From positions 1-32,378 of the forward strand of contig JBDQPD010000037.1 of NCBI GenBank assembly GCA_040260805.1: 32,378 nt of DNA, read 5' to 3'. The stretch is from Myxococcota bacterium (GTDB lineage Bacteria; Myxococcota; UBA4151). A program made the translations under genes and the position numbers. Shown one piece after another: positions 1 through 9,480 of the stretch (the first letter of the stretch is position 1; every line of letters starts with the position of its first letter). A model generated the notes under the pieces. It ran no database searches. It was not told the DNA's origin and saw only the letters and a list, made by a program, of their open reading frames with translations.

Positions 1-1075
1 CCGTCATCGTGGTGTTGGGCGTAATCTGAGTCAGGTTGAAGGCAACCGGGTCGTCGCCTTCGTCCATAGTAGCTGCGACGACAAAGAGGAGCTCGCGCTC
101 GACCATGCTAGGAACTTCAAACCAGCTGTCGTCGCCATCATGTTGCCACAGAGCGCCTGTATTACCAGTCACGAAGACAGCCATAGTCGGACCGGTGCCA
201 TCGAGGTTGTTCGCTTCGTCTACCGTGTGGCGAAGACTGACGATTTCGCCGGCAGCGGCGTTGACTGAGACCACACGGAACTGACGCTCATAGGTCAATT
301 CACCGGAGGTCACGCCTTCGTTGAAGGTGATGACGTCAGGCGCGGTGATCGTGATCACCACGGCGCTGGTCCACTCGTCGTCGGTCTCTGCATCTTGAAC
401 CAGAGCCATGGCACAATCACCAAGGTTCATCGCCGGGTGCATCAAGCCGGTGACCCGGAACTTATGCTGGCTGTAGCGGCTCATTTGAGCACTAAGGACG
501 CCTTCGCAGTTGTCGGCGTTGAGGGTGGGGCTGCTCATGTACTCAGCGGTCTCGAGCAGGATATCGAACTGGTCGCCTGCGCGCAGTTCGGTCTGGCTCG
601 AGGTGGCGGTCGCGGTGACTGCGACTTCGGCGCCTTCAGGCATGTAAGCCTGGGCGTTGTCGCCCGTGATCACGTGGAGCTTGACGTTGCCAAGTGCCAC
701 GTCTGCGCCGACCGTAGCGGTGACAACCAAGCCCACCGGGCTGACCACGACGGTGGAGACTTCGACGCCTTCGATGTCAGCATCTTCCGTGTCGGTTAGA
801 CGAACAACGGTGGTGTCATCCCACTGGGTGAAGTAACCGACAATGCGCATGTCGGTGGTGCGACCTGCGAGCAGCGCGTTGGGAGCGACCGAAGCGATAG
901 CCGCTCCGGGAGCGGCGAGGTCTTGACCGTCGGTGCCGGTTTCGCCAGCGACGCCTTGTTCGCCTTGAATACCAGTTTCGCCGTCAGCGCCAGCAACACC
1001 GTCGGTGCCGGCAGGGCCTTGGCATGCGGTGATCGCACCGACTGCCAAAAGAGTGAGCATTTTCCGATAGTTCAT
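1..1075 (-). CDS. Lipoprotein with collagen-like G-X-Y stalk followed by beta-rich (Ig/IPT-like) domains; 3' end runs off the window
   Basis: Manual translation from ATG at 1075: MNYRKMLTLLAVGAITAC-Q-GPAGTDGVAGADGETGIQGEQGVAGETGTDGQD-LAAPGAAIASVAPNALLAGRTTDMRIVG... The frame is open to base 2. Lipobox ITA-C18; AAGGA RBS at about 1084-1088 on the minus strand. Absent from the ORF track because there is no stop in the window. Confidence 0.8.
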   Translation of the reverse strand, partial: MNYRKMLTLLAVGAITACQGPAGTDGVAGADGETGIQGEQGVAGETGTDGQDLAAPGAAIASVAPNALLAGRTTDMRIVGYFTQWDDTTVVRLTDTEDADIEGVEVSTVVVSPVGLVVTATVGADVALGNVKLHVITGDNAQAYMPEGAEVAVTATATSSQTELRAGDQFDILLETAEYMSSPTLNADNCEGVLSAQMSRYSQHKFRVTGLMHPAMNLGDCAMALVQDAETDDEWTSAVVITITAPDVITFNEGVTSGELTYERQFRVVSVNAAAGEIVSLRHTVDEANNLDGTGPTMAVFVTGNTGALWQHDGDDSWFEVPSMVERELLFVVAATMDEGDDPVAFNLTQITPNTTMT

Positions 1076-1234
1076 CGGCGTATTCCTTTCGTCGGTGAGA
1101 GACCGATCGTGATAATAGCAGGCGATAGGCTAACCGATCGCCACAGATTCGCACGCCTCTTAGACCTAGTTTTTTAAAATATGAAGCACGGAATGCGCGT
1201 GTTTAACCTCGCCAAAGATCGATGCACAGACGAC

Positions 1235-1975
1235 TTAGCTGCGAATTAAGCGCCAGAGGAAGAATCCAAGCAAAGCCATAATCGAGAAGATGCCCCCCCA
1301 AAAAATCCAAGCGTCTTTGGACCAGTCAGGTCGAACATCGTGGGCGATGACATAGGCACCATCGACGTCCATATGCATCTCGCGTGCGAGGAAAGGAATC
1401 AGCGGCGCAAATTCACTGGTTTTGGAAATTTGGCGCAAACGCCCCTCGACGGTCACCACGGTCGCTGGTCGGAAATCCTCGAAATCTGTGTTTGATTTGG
1501 GGATCTCAATCAGGACTTTTCGGCACCGCTCGCGCGGCATCTCGTAAGGGCATACAGCCCCGATAACTTGGATGTAGACCATCGATTCGCGGACTATGCC
1601 GAACCGCCTGACACGCATCCACTCGGCACCTTTGTAGCCCAAAGCGAGCTCCGTGCCGCGCACATAGGTGCCCGCTTCAGGAAACTGTTGATTTTGATCA
1701 AGGTAACCTCGCAGCTCGACCGGTTGGTCTTGATCAACGATGTATTGGGTGATGGGCAGATAAGGTGTGGCCAACCAAAAAAGCATGGCCATCGAGACCG
1801 CCCACAAAATAAGCGGCATGATCTTGCTGGTGATCGGGCGCCTTTGCCGCTGATGTGCGCGGTCGATAGCGCCCCAATCGATGTTAAAGTTTTCATCGTG
1901 GTCAAACGTCATACCGCAGTTGCTGCATTGCGTGGTTTCAGAGGTGATCGGCGCTTCGCACCCAGGGCATTTCAT
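1235..1975 (-). CDS. Hypothetical membrane protein with N-terminal double CxxC zinc ribbon
   Basis: N-terminus CPGC...CSNC; two hydrophobic segments (IMPLILWAVSMAMLFWLA and WIFWGGIFSIMALLGFFLW); 4-bp overlap with the ispDF stop. Confidence 0.7.
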   Translation of the reverse strand: MKCPGCEAPITSETTQCSNCGMTFDHDENFNIDWGAIDRAHQRQRRPITSKIMPLILWAVSMAMLFWLATPYLPITQYIVDQDQPVELRGYLDQNQQFPEAGTYVRGTELALGYKGAEWMRVRRFGIVRESMVYIQVIGAVCPYEMPRERCRKVLIEIPKSNTDFEDFRPATVVTVEGRLRQISKTSEFAPLIPFLAREMHMDVDGAYVIAHDVRPDWSKDAWIFWGGIFSIMALLGFFLWRLIRS

Positions 1976-3102
1976 CGCGCAGGCTCCTTGACGGCAGGTA
2001 GCGATAGGCTGGCGACCGCCTGCGCCGCAAGACCTTCACCGCGCCCTGTGAAGCCTAGCCCTTCAGTGGTCGTGGCTTTGACGTTGATCGACTCGATCGG
2101 CAGACCGAGCAGTGCCACCAAGCGCTCGCGGATCACCTGCCGGTGTGGCGTGAGCCGCGGCTTTTCACCGATCAAGGTGATGTCAACATGCTCGAGGCGG
2201 GCGTCTGCTCGCTTTACGAGGTTCATCGTGTGTTCAACAAACCGGCTCGACGCGGCGTCTTTGAAGCGGTCGTCACTCGGTGGGAAATGTTGCCCGATAT
2301 CGCCCTTTCCGATCCCCCCCAAGATGGCATCGACGAGCGCGTGCAAGATCACGTCAGCGTCGCTGTGACCTGCCAAGCCAGGCTCGCCTTGGATTTCGAC
2401 ACCGCCAAGCCACAAGCTTCGCCGCTCATCGTATCGATGCACATCAAAACCAAAGCCGGTTACGTACTTCCTGCTCGCGACTTCAAGGTCTGCGGCGTGG
2501 GTCACTTTGATGTTCTCCTCTTCGCCCTCAACCGTTTCAACTGGATGACCCAGCCGCAACAAAACACTTGATTCATCGGTCGAGCTCGCCTGCGCGACCA
2601 CCTCTTCAAGAAGATCTCGCCGCATGATCTGTGGCGTTTGAACGCGTTTGAGTAGGCTACGCTCAAGCGCTGCGACCAAGGTCGTTGCGTCCGCTTGAGC
2701 GATGGTATCGATGCACTCAAGAACCGGTACGGCAGCGCCATGGAGTTGCGCGGCAGCGAGGCATTTTGAGACCAGTTTTGCGCTCACAAAAGGACGCGCA
2801 GCGTCATGAACGGCGACCCACTCGGCGTGGTCGGGTATCGCGGCTAGCCCAGCTCGGATGCTGTCGCTGCGCTGCGCACCTCCAGGGATGACCGCAGCGA
2901 GAGGGTCACCAAGCTCATCGAGCGCGTGCTCGGGCCCTGGTGAGCCGACCACCACCAAGCGCTCGATTCCGCCTGCGATCAGCTGCGAACAACTGCGTCG
3001 CAAAACCGTCTCGCCATTGGATAAGCGGTGGGCGAGCTTGTCGCCGCCAAAGCGACGCGCTCGGCCAGCAGCTGCAACGATTCCCCAAACGGTCTTCACC
3101 AT
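1972..3102 (-). CDS. ispDF: Bifunctional IspD/IspF (MEP cytidylyltransferase / MEcDP synthase)
   Basis: IspD motifs AAGRARRFG..K, VHDAARP, VQTPQ, TDES, NIKVT; IspF motifs GFDVH, GHSDADVILHA, GDIGQHFP, KATTTEGLGFTGRGEG. Confidence 0.95.
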   Translation of the reverse strand: MVKTVWGIVAAAGRARRFGGDKLAHRLSNGETVLRRSCSQLIAGGIERLVVVGSPGPEHALDELGDPLAAVIPGGAQRSDSIRAGLAAIPDHAEWVAVHDAARPFVSAKLVSKCLAAAQLHGAAVPVLECIDTIAQADATTLVAALERSLLKRVQTPQIMRRDLLEEVVAQASSTDESSVLLRLGHPVETVEGEEENIKVTHAADLEVASRKYVTGFGFDVHRYDERRSLWLGGVEIQGEPGLAGHSDADVILHALVDAILGGIGKGDIGQHFPPSDDRFKDAASSRFVEHTMNLVKRADARLEHVDITLIGEKPRLTPHRQVIRERLVALLGLPIESINVKATTTEGLGFTGRGEGLAAQAVASLSLPAVKEPAR

Positions 3103-3166
3103 GCCTCGGCGTTTGCATGCTCATAAGCCCTCTGGCAAACCTTCCGTTACCGAGGCGGGAGTTTTT

Positions 3167-4618
3167 ATGTCATTCGTTCGAGTCCTTGTCGCGTTGATGG
3201 TTGTCTCTGGCTGCACCGATATCGGCGGAATCAGCGCTGCGGAGGTTGGAGCAACCGATTTGGGGGCGACGCCGGGCGGCCAGCAAGACATTGGCTCAGC
3301 GCGGCAGATGCTCAATCAAGGGCGCCTTCCAAGCGCTGAGATGCTGACCTATCAAGGGATTTTTTCAGAGCATGATTTGGGTTTTGCTAATCCGGAGCCC
3401 TGTCTTTCAGGGCGCACATTGTGCATCGAGGCGCGCGCAGGAACGGTCGATTTAGTCAGCGTCGAAGGGGACCAAGATACCCTCGTTCAGATTGGCTTTG
3501 ATACCGGTATTGAGACGCCCTTTACACGCAAACCCTTGAACCTGAGTTTGGTGGTCGATGTCAGCGGTTCGATGAGCGGTGATCGGATCGCAGCGACGCG
3601 AGAGGCGCTTCGGGTGTTGGTTGAGTCGTTACGCGACGATGACACCTTTAGTTTGATCAGTTTCAACAGCACGGCGATGGTCCGCCTTGAGCCAACTTCA
3701 GGGGGCAACAAAACCCAGCTGATCGAAGCTGTTGAGACGCTGCAGGCTGGCGGTGGGACCGATATTGGCGCCGGCCTTGATGAGGGTTTTAGCCAAATCC
3801 GAAGTGAACTCAATAACGAGAACCGACAGCGCGTTTTGCACCGTGTGATGCTGTTCACCGATATGCATCCAAATCAAGGCGTTCGCGACGGTAGAACCTT
3901 CGTCCGCATGCTCGAAAGCGCAGCTGAAGACGGGATTGGGGTGACCAGTTTTGGAGTCGGGATCGATTTTGGTGCAGACCTCGCTAATCAGGTTTCCCAA
4001 GTGCGTGGCGGGAACTATTTTCACCTCGAAACCCCAGAAAAAATTCGACGAGTCTTTGACCGAGACTTCGACCTGATGGTCACGCCGCTGGCTTATGACC
4101 TTCAGATCAGTCTGATGGCTCCTGCGGGATACGAAATCGTTGACGCCTATGGCTTAGCCGGTGCGGGAACGACTCGCTGCGGTGAGTTGCCGAGCAGTCG
4201 TTGTATTGGGCTCACCATACCTACGGTGTTCTTATCGCGCGGCGGTGGCGGAATGTTTATGCGCTTAAAGGTCAAGCCGGGCGATGATCAGCCTGGGGAT
4301 CCGATCTTTGTGGGTCATGTTGTGTACAACGATGAGGCTGGGGATTCGGTCGAGCAAGATTCAGAGGCATCCTTAGCCCCTGACGAGGTTCCCGGCGCAA
4401 GCCAAACTGAAGCCTCGATTCGTATGGCTGCGCAGCTGATCAATGTCATTGATGTGCTGAAACAATTCGCTAGCCGGTCCACTGACGAGACTTTGGTTTG
4501 GAGCGTTGTTGATCGCCTGCGCGCAGAGGTCGTGGAGCTCGGCGAGCGCGGCGACTCGCTGCTCAATGAGTTGGTGCTCTTGTACCAAGCCATCGAAGTG
4601 GTTCGTGGGCAGCGCTAA
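3167..4618 (+). CDS. von Willebrand factor A (VWA) domain lipoprotein
   Basis: Start reassigned to ATG 3167 after GGGAG; signal MSFVRVLVALMVVSG-C; MIDAS motif DVSGSMSG, GGGT, LFTD; FGVGIDF and GGNYF typical of YfbK-like VWA proteins. Confidence 0.85.
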   Translation: MSFVRVLVALMVVSGCTDIGGISAAEVGATDLGATPGGQQDIGSARQMLNQGRLPSAEMLTYQGIFSEHDLGFANPEPCLSGRTLCIEARAGTVDLVSVEGDQDTLVQIGFDTGIETPFTRKPLNLSLVVDVSGSMSGDRIAATREALRVLVESLRDDDTFSLISFNSTAMVRLEPTSGGNKTQLIEAVETLQAGGGTDIGAGLDEGFSQIRSELNNENRQRVLHRVMLFTDMHPNQGVRDGRTFVRMLESAAEDGIGVTSFGVGIDFGADLANQVSQVRGGNYFHLETPEKIRRVFDRDFDLMVTPLAYDLQISLMAPAGYEIVDAYGLAGAGTTRCGELPSSRCIGLTIPTVFLSRGGGGMFMRLKVKPGDDQPGDPIFVGHVVYNDEAGDSVEQDSEASLAPDEVPGASQTEASIRMAAQLINVIDVLKQFASRSTDETLVWSVVDRLRAEVVELGERGDSLLNELVLLYQAIEVVRGQR

Positions 4619-4654
4619 AAAACAAACACACGCGCCTCGGCGCGTGCGTTGTTG
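4619..4654. terminator. Probable bidirectional intrinsic terminator between the convergent VWA and carD genes
   Basis: GC stem CACGCGCC/GGCGCGTG flanked by A-rich (AAAACAAAC) and T-rich (GTTGTT) tracts. Confidence 0.6.
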
Positions 4655-4678
4655 ATCGACTGTTGGTTGGCAGCCTGA

Positions 4679-5194
4679 CTAGGCGACCGCCTCAGGGTCA
4701 GCGTCGACAAAGATCTCTTCAAACTCATCTTCGATGATTTGCGGGTCAATGTCGCGCGCCACGCTCAGCTCATTGAGCAACAAACCCTTGGCGGTGTCGA
4801 GCATCTTGCGCTCGCCAAAACTCAGGTCTTTGCCCGTGCGCAACAGGCAAAGGTCGCGCATGACCTCAGCGACCTCAAAGATCGACCCTGAACGAATTTT
4901 CTCAGTGTATTCACGCTGGCGTCGGTTCCACGTGGTGCGATCGACCGCCAGCTCACGCGTCCGAAGGATCTCATAGACCGCCTCGATTTCGTCGTTGCCG
5001 ACCACGCCGCGCAAGCCCACTTGGACCGACTTGGTCACCGGCACCATCACGCGCATGTTGTTGTCGACAATACGCAACACATAAAAGGTAGATTCTTGAC
5101 CACCGAGTTCACGGGATTCAATCGCTACTACTTTCGCTACGCCTTGAGCCGGGTAAACCGCCAAATCGCCAACGGCGAACTCCAGATCCTGCAT
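4679..5194 (-). CDS. carD: CarD/CdnL family RNA-polymerase-binding transcription factor
   Basis: FAVGDLAVYPAQGVAKV, conserved TWNRR tryptophan, LSFGERKMLDTA; start at ATG 5194 with GGAGG RBS at 5199-5203; no HMGA tail, so CdnL-like. Confidence 0.93.
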   Translation of the reverse strand: MQDLEFAVGDLAVYPAQGVAKVVAIESRELGGQESTFYVLRIVDNNMRVMVPVTKSVQVGLRGVVGNDEIEAVYEILRTRELAVDRTTWNRRQREYTEKIRSGSIFEVAEVMRDLCLLRTGKDLSFGERKMLDTAKGLLLNELSVARDIDPQIIEDEFEEIFVDADPEAVA

Positions 5195-5288
5195 TATGCC
5201 TCCTGGATGCCAAAGCATCTCGTTTACCGAGTATATCAGAGAAAAGGGTTGGCCTCCAGTTCGTAAGTCGGAGGACTCCTCCAAGACA

Positions 5289-5318
5289 TTGACAGCCCTA
5301 AGAGATGCTGATTAGCGT
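5289..5318 (+). promoter_or_regulatory. Putative sigma70 promoter for crcB
   Basis: TTGACA (5289-5294), 18-bp spacer, TAGCGT (5313-5318), about 40 bp upstream of the crcB ATG. Confidence 0.4.
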
Positions 5319-5358
5319 TGAAAGCTAGCCTCTGTATTTTGGGCGGCAGTCTGTTTAT

Positions 5359-5709
5359 ATGCTGATAAAACAAGTGCTTGTGATTATGCTTGGTGGGGCG
5401 CTGGGCGCCTTGCTGCGGTGGCGCCTGAGCACCTTGAATTTTGTCGAGTCTTTTCCGCTTGGCACATTATCGGCGAATCTTGCTGGGTGCTTTGCTCTGG
5501 GCGTTGTGCTGGGTACCACTCGCCCTGGCTCGTTAGCTCATCTGTTTTGGGTTGCTGGCTTGTGTGGGGCTTTGACGACCTTTTCGACCTTTATGCACGA
5601 GCTCATAGAGGCAAAAACCTGGGGTTTAGCGCTCGGCTATCTTGGGATCAGCTTGACCGCTGGAGCGATCGCTTTGATCGGCGGATTAAAGTTTGGCCGG
5701 CTCTTTTGA
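5359..5709 (+). CDS. crcB: Fluoride channel Fluc/CrcB
   Basis: GGALGALLR, PLGTLSANLAGCF and GLCGALTTFSTF signatures; four hydrophobic helices. Confidence 0.92.
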   Translation: MLIKQVLVIMLGGALGALLRWRLSTLNFVESFPLGTLSANLAGCFALGVVLGTTRPGSLAHLFWVAGLCGALTTFSTFMHELIEAKTWGLALGYLGISLTAGAIALIGGLKFGRLF

Positions 5710-6756
5710 TCACTTATGATCTCTGAGCCGCTCCCAAGCCTTGCGTTCGGCTCGGCTGAGCCGCTGCGGCACATCGAGGTTCACGTGAAAAATGAGCTCG
5801 CCTCTTCGGCCGTGATCGACGTCGTCTAAACCCTCGCCCCGAACGATCACCGTATCGCCTTCACGAGCGCCGGGTTCCACCTTGACGGTGATCTCCCCGC
5901 GAGGACCAGCCAGCACTTGTTGAGTACCAAGGACCGCATCGGGTAAGCTCAAAGGCAGCAGGTGGTGGAGGTCTTTGTGGTCTCTCTCCCAGCCCTCAGG
6001 AGGCGACTCTGTCTGGAACAGGACCAAGAGATCGCCGCGACTTTGACCTGGGTCTCCAAGCTCGCCCTCGCCGCGTAGGCGCATCTGCATGCCGTGATCG
6101 ACACCCGCAGGGATTTCAATTTCCACGGTGGCTTCGGTGCGCTCTTTGCCAGACCCACTGCATGAGCTGCAGGGGTCGGCGATCACATAGCCTTGACCCG
6201 AGCAAGAGGTGCAGGGGCTGGACATCACAAAAAATCCCTGCCGAGCCGCTCGTTGACCGGTGCCGCCGCAGCCGCTGCATAGGCTGGGTGCCGATTTTGA
6301 TGTCGAGCCTGTTCCTTCGCATGAAGCGCAGGAGTCATGGCGCGGAATCTTGAGCTTTCGAGAGGCTCCATCGATGACCTGGTCCCAGCTTACGGGCACC
6401 CGGATGCGCATGTCTGCGCCGCGCCTGGGGCCTTGGCTTTGACGCCCGAAGCCGCCAAACATACCCTCGAAGATGTCACCAAAGCTGCCGAAGATGTCCT
6501 CGATGTTGATGTTTTGCATGTTCGGGTGAGCGCCGCTCAGCCCAGCCTCGCCATACTGATCATAAATTCCACGCTTTTCCGTGTCGCTGAGGACTGAATA
6601 AGCCTGGCTGGCCGCTCGAAAGCGGTTCTCTGCGTCGATATCGTCGGGGTTCTGATCCGGATGATTTGCCAGAGCGATTTTGCGGTATGCCTTTTTGATG
6701 GTCCTGGCGTCCGCAGTGGGCTCGACCCCGAGTACCTCGTAGTAATCCTGGCTCAT
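5710..6756 (-). CDS. dnaJ: Chaperone DnaJ (class A)
   Basis: J-domain DYYEVLGV...HPD, G/F-rich linker with DIF motifs, four CxxCxGxG zinc motifs, C-terminal IPAGV..G. Confidence 0.95.
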   Translation of the reverse strand: MSQDYYEVLGVEPTADARTIKKAYRKIALANHPDQNPDDIDAENRFRAASQAYSVLSDTEKRGIYDQYGEAGLSGAHPNMQNINIEDIFGSFGDIFEGMFGGFGRQSQGPRRGADMRIRVPVSWDQVIDGASRKLKIPRHDSCASCEGTGSTSKSAPSLCSGCGGTGQRAARQGFFVMSSPCTSCSGQGYVIADPCSSCSGSGKERTEATVEIEIPAGVDHGMQMRLRGEGELGDPGQSRGDLLVLFQTESPPEGWERDHKDLHHLLPLSLPDAVLGTQQVLAGPRGEITVKVEPGAREGDTVIVRGEGLDDVDHGRRGELIFHVNLDVPQRLSRAERKAWERLRDHK

Positions 6757-6837
6757 AGTCTCGATTCACCGATCAGCTTGGCGATAAAATAGACAGCTTT
6801 AAGTTAGCCACAAGCCCCAAGTCGGAATTGGCATCGC

Positions 6838-9480
6838 ATGGCATTTGGGGCTAACCCGCCGACGGAGACCGTTTCGTTGCCTTTGTTGTTTTTGCTCCTA
6901 GCGCTGAGTCCGGACGATCAGTCGGAGCAGAGGGCTTCGGCTGCGCCGCCCAAGGGCGGACTGATTCAGCTGCCAGAACTCATCAACGGTGGAACGCCGG
7001 ACTACCCAGAGGCGCTGATCGGCAGCGGCAAGAACGGCAAGTGTATTTTGCTGGTCGATATTGATGATGCGGGCTTAGTCCAAGAGATCAACGTGCAAAA
7101 GTGCGACGACCCTGCGTTCGCCGAAGCAGCGTTTGCGGTGATGCCTCATTATACTTTTATCCCCGGGGCGACCGCTACCGGGACGGTTCCCGTGCGCATC
7201 ACCTGGCAGGCAGATTTCCAGCACCCCGTTGAGGCAAAACCAGAGCCTGAAAAGCCAAAGCCAGTTCGGATCAGCGGGAAAGTGCGTGAGGGCGGAACGG
7301 GCGTGGTCCTAGCAGCAGCGGACGTCACCTGTGTGGGGCAAGATGTCTACGCTCGAGCGGATGAGCGTGGTCGCTTCGAGCTGCGCGGTGTCGCTGACGG
7401 CGATTGCGTGTTGCAGGCAAGCGCCCCGGGTTATTTTGCGCGCAAAAAGACCATTAAGCTCAAGCCCAATGAGGCGGTTGAGTTGACCCTTTATCTGAGC
7501 CCGAAGGCGAGCAACGCAATGCGCACGGTCGTGCGCGGTCGAAAAGAAGAGACCCACATGACCCGGCGGATACTTGAGGCTGAAGAGCTCGGCAGGGTCC
7601 CTGGTACATTTGGTGATCCAATCCGAGCGATTGAGCGGCTGCCTGGCGTGGCGCGAACGCCGTTTCTAGGGGGCGGAGGTGGTTTGGTGGTGCGCGGCGC
7701 TGAGCCTCAAGATAGTGGTTACTATCTCGACGGTGTGCCGATCCCTGCGCTCTTTCACTTAGGCGGCGGCCCCTCGGTGATTCACCCCGACTTTGTCGGA
7801 CAGTTGGACTTTTTACCTGGCGGTTTTGGCGCACATTACGGTCGCTCGATCGCTGGAATTGTAGAGGTTCGATCGCGCGCCTCAAGAGGTGACCGCTTCT
7901 CCGGTAAGATCGACGTCGATCTTTTGGATTCGGGCTTTCGCTTGGAGGGCCCTGTTGCTGGGCGCAAGGATTTGAGTTTTGGTTTGAGCGGCCGGCGATC
8001 GTATATCGATGTACTGCTGCCGCTTGTGACGAGTGTTGCCGGCGGCCCGGACGCCAGCATCCAGCCGATTTATTGGGATTATCAAGCGCGTCTTGATTAC
8101 AAGAAGGGCACCACCCGAGCCGGGCTTCGGTTTTATGGTTTTGACGACGTGTTGGTGCTGGCTGCGAGCGATGATGATGCGGCTGCTCGAGCAGGAGAGC
8201 CACCAGGCCTTGGAATCCATGGTGGCGTGCACCGCATGGTTCTTGATGGTCGGATGAAGCTCGATAAAAAGACAGAGCTCAAGGGATCTTTGATGCTCGG
8301 TCACCAGTTTACGGGTGGTGAGTTTGGTGAGGATATTTACTGGAACGCGGGGATTAACGAGCTCGGGATTCGGTCTGACCTGACCTATAAGCTGTCCAAA
8401 GAGCATCACTTTATCACCGGCATCGATATCGGGTTTCAGGACCTAGGTCTTGAGACCCAGTTGCCCACGGTCGCCGGCTTTGAGCGTGTGTTCCCTGGTG
8501 GAGCGTTTACTGAGGATCTAGGCGTCTTAAAGCTCGATGAGAATGATCGCGGTAGCGGTTACGGCGTCCACGCTACGGTGCGCAGTAAGTTGTTTGATCG
8601 TTTGACGCTCTTACCGGGCGTTCGGTTGGATGCTTATGTCTGGGACGGTCAAGACCGACTCTCGGTTGAGCCGAGGCTTCAAGCCCGTTTGATGCTCGCG
8701 CCCAAAGACAGGCACCTGCTCAAGATCAGCGGCGGTAAGTATTCTAAACTCCCTGAGCCGGCAGAGCTGTCGGATAGTTTTGGTAACCCTGAGCTCGAGC
8801 TCAAAGGTACATGGCAGTACGGATTGGGTTACGAGTACCGACCTGACCCCTTTTTCCATGTCGATTTAACCGCCTTTTACAAAAAGATGTTCAACCTGGT
8901 GGAGCAAAACCCTGACTTTGTCTCAGGGGGTTCAGCGCCCGGCCTGATCAACAACGGTGATGGGCGCGCCTACGGTCTTGAGGTGATGCTAAGACACCGT
9001 CCAAGCCCGCGGCCTGTCTATGGTTGGATCGCCTACACGCTGAGTCGGTCTGAGCGCTATGATCGGGGCGATCGAGATCCTGAGTGGACCCTGTTTAGCT
9101 TAGATCAGACCCATATCTTGTCCTCGGTGGTTGGCTACAAATGGGGCAAGGGTTGGTCGCTGGGCACAACGGTTCGCTGGGTGACGGGCAACCCGACCAC
9201 GCCACGACTTGGAGCGCGCTTTGATATTGATTCGCGCTTTTATCGACCTTTGCGCGGCGATCGACGCACGGACCGCTTACCGGATTACTTTCAGATGGAC
9301 TTACGCCTCGAAAAGAAGAGCAGCGCCAAACGAAACTCCTTCATCTGGTTCGTCGATGTGCTCAACTTGACCAACCGTCAAAACATTGAGTTCTATATCT
9401 ATCAGTACGATCAGCGCGCTTATTCGGGGATCGCTGGCGTGCCGTTCTTCCCGAGCTTTGGAATCGAGTGGTCATGGTAA
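6838..9480 (+). CDS. TonB-dependent receptor with N-terminal TonB C-terminal-like domain and carboxypeptidase-regulatory-like domain
   Basis: Signal-like LLFLLLAL; PDYP..A...G..G...LLVDID.AG.V (TonB_C-like); ISGKVRE...D..GRF.L; plug VPGTFGDPIRAIERLPGV..VRG; C-terminal aromatic GIEWSW. Start uncertain (6838 ATG or 6877 TTG). Confidence 0.88.
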   Translation: MAFGANPPTETVSLPLLFLLLALSPDDQSEQRASAAPPKGGLIQLPELINGGTPDYPEALIGSGKNGKCILLVDIDDAGLVQEINVQKCDDPAFAEAAFAVMPHYTFIPGATATGTVPVRITWQADFQHPVEAKPEPEKPKPVRISGKVREGGTGVVLAAADVTCVGQDVYARADERGRFELRGVADGDCVLQASAPGYFARKKTIKLKPNEAVELTLYLSPKASNAMRTVVRGRKEETHMTRRILEAEELGRVPGTFGDPIRAIERLPGVARTPFLGGGGGLVVRGAEPQDSGYYLDGVPIPALFHLGGGPSVIHPDFVGQLDFLPGGFGAHYGRSIAGIVEVRSRASRGDRFSGKIDVDLLDSGFRLEGPVAGRKDLSFGLSGRRSYIDVLLPLVTSVAGGPDASIQPIYWDYQARLDYKKGTTRAGLRFYGFDDVLVLAASDDDAAARAGEPPGLGIHGGVHRMVLDGRMKLDKKTELKGSLMLGHQFTGGEFGEDIYWNAGINELGIRSDLTYKLSKEHHFITGIDIGFQDLGLETQLPTVAGFERVFPGGAFTEDLGVLKLDENDRGSGYGVHATVRSKLFDRLTLLPGVRLDAYVWDGQDRLSVEPRLQARLMLAPKDRHLLKISGGKYSKLPEPAELSDSFGNPELELKGTWQYGLGYEYRPDPFFHVDLTAFYKKMFNLVEQNPDFVSGGSAPGLINNGDGRAYGLEVMLRHRPSPRPVYGWIAYTLSRSERYDRGDRDPEWTLFSLDQTHILSSVVGYKWGKGWSLGTTVRWVTGNPTTPRLGARFDIDSRFYRPLRGDRRTDRLPDYFQMDLRLEKKSSAKRNSFIWFVDVLNLTNRQNIEFYIYQYDQRAYSGIAGVPFFPSFGIEWSW

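Noticed and set aside
2858..3166. N-terminal extension of the VWA ORF given in the track
   Set aside because: It overlaps ispDF on the other strand; the lipoprotein signal and RBS point to ATG 3167.
5195..5358. Fluoride riboswitch upstream of crcB
   Set aside because: No GGNGATGGNGTTCNCC...GCTGATGAC-type consensus visible; only a short GGAGG-ACT-CCTCC dyad at 5270-5282.
6757..6837. CIRCE element upstream of dnaJ
   Set aside because: No TTAGCACTC-N9-GAGTGCTAA match.
6829..6843. Sigma54 promoter TGGCATCGCATGGCA before the TonB receptor
   Set aside because: GG-to-GC spacing is 9, not the required 10.
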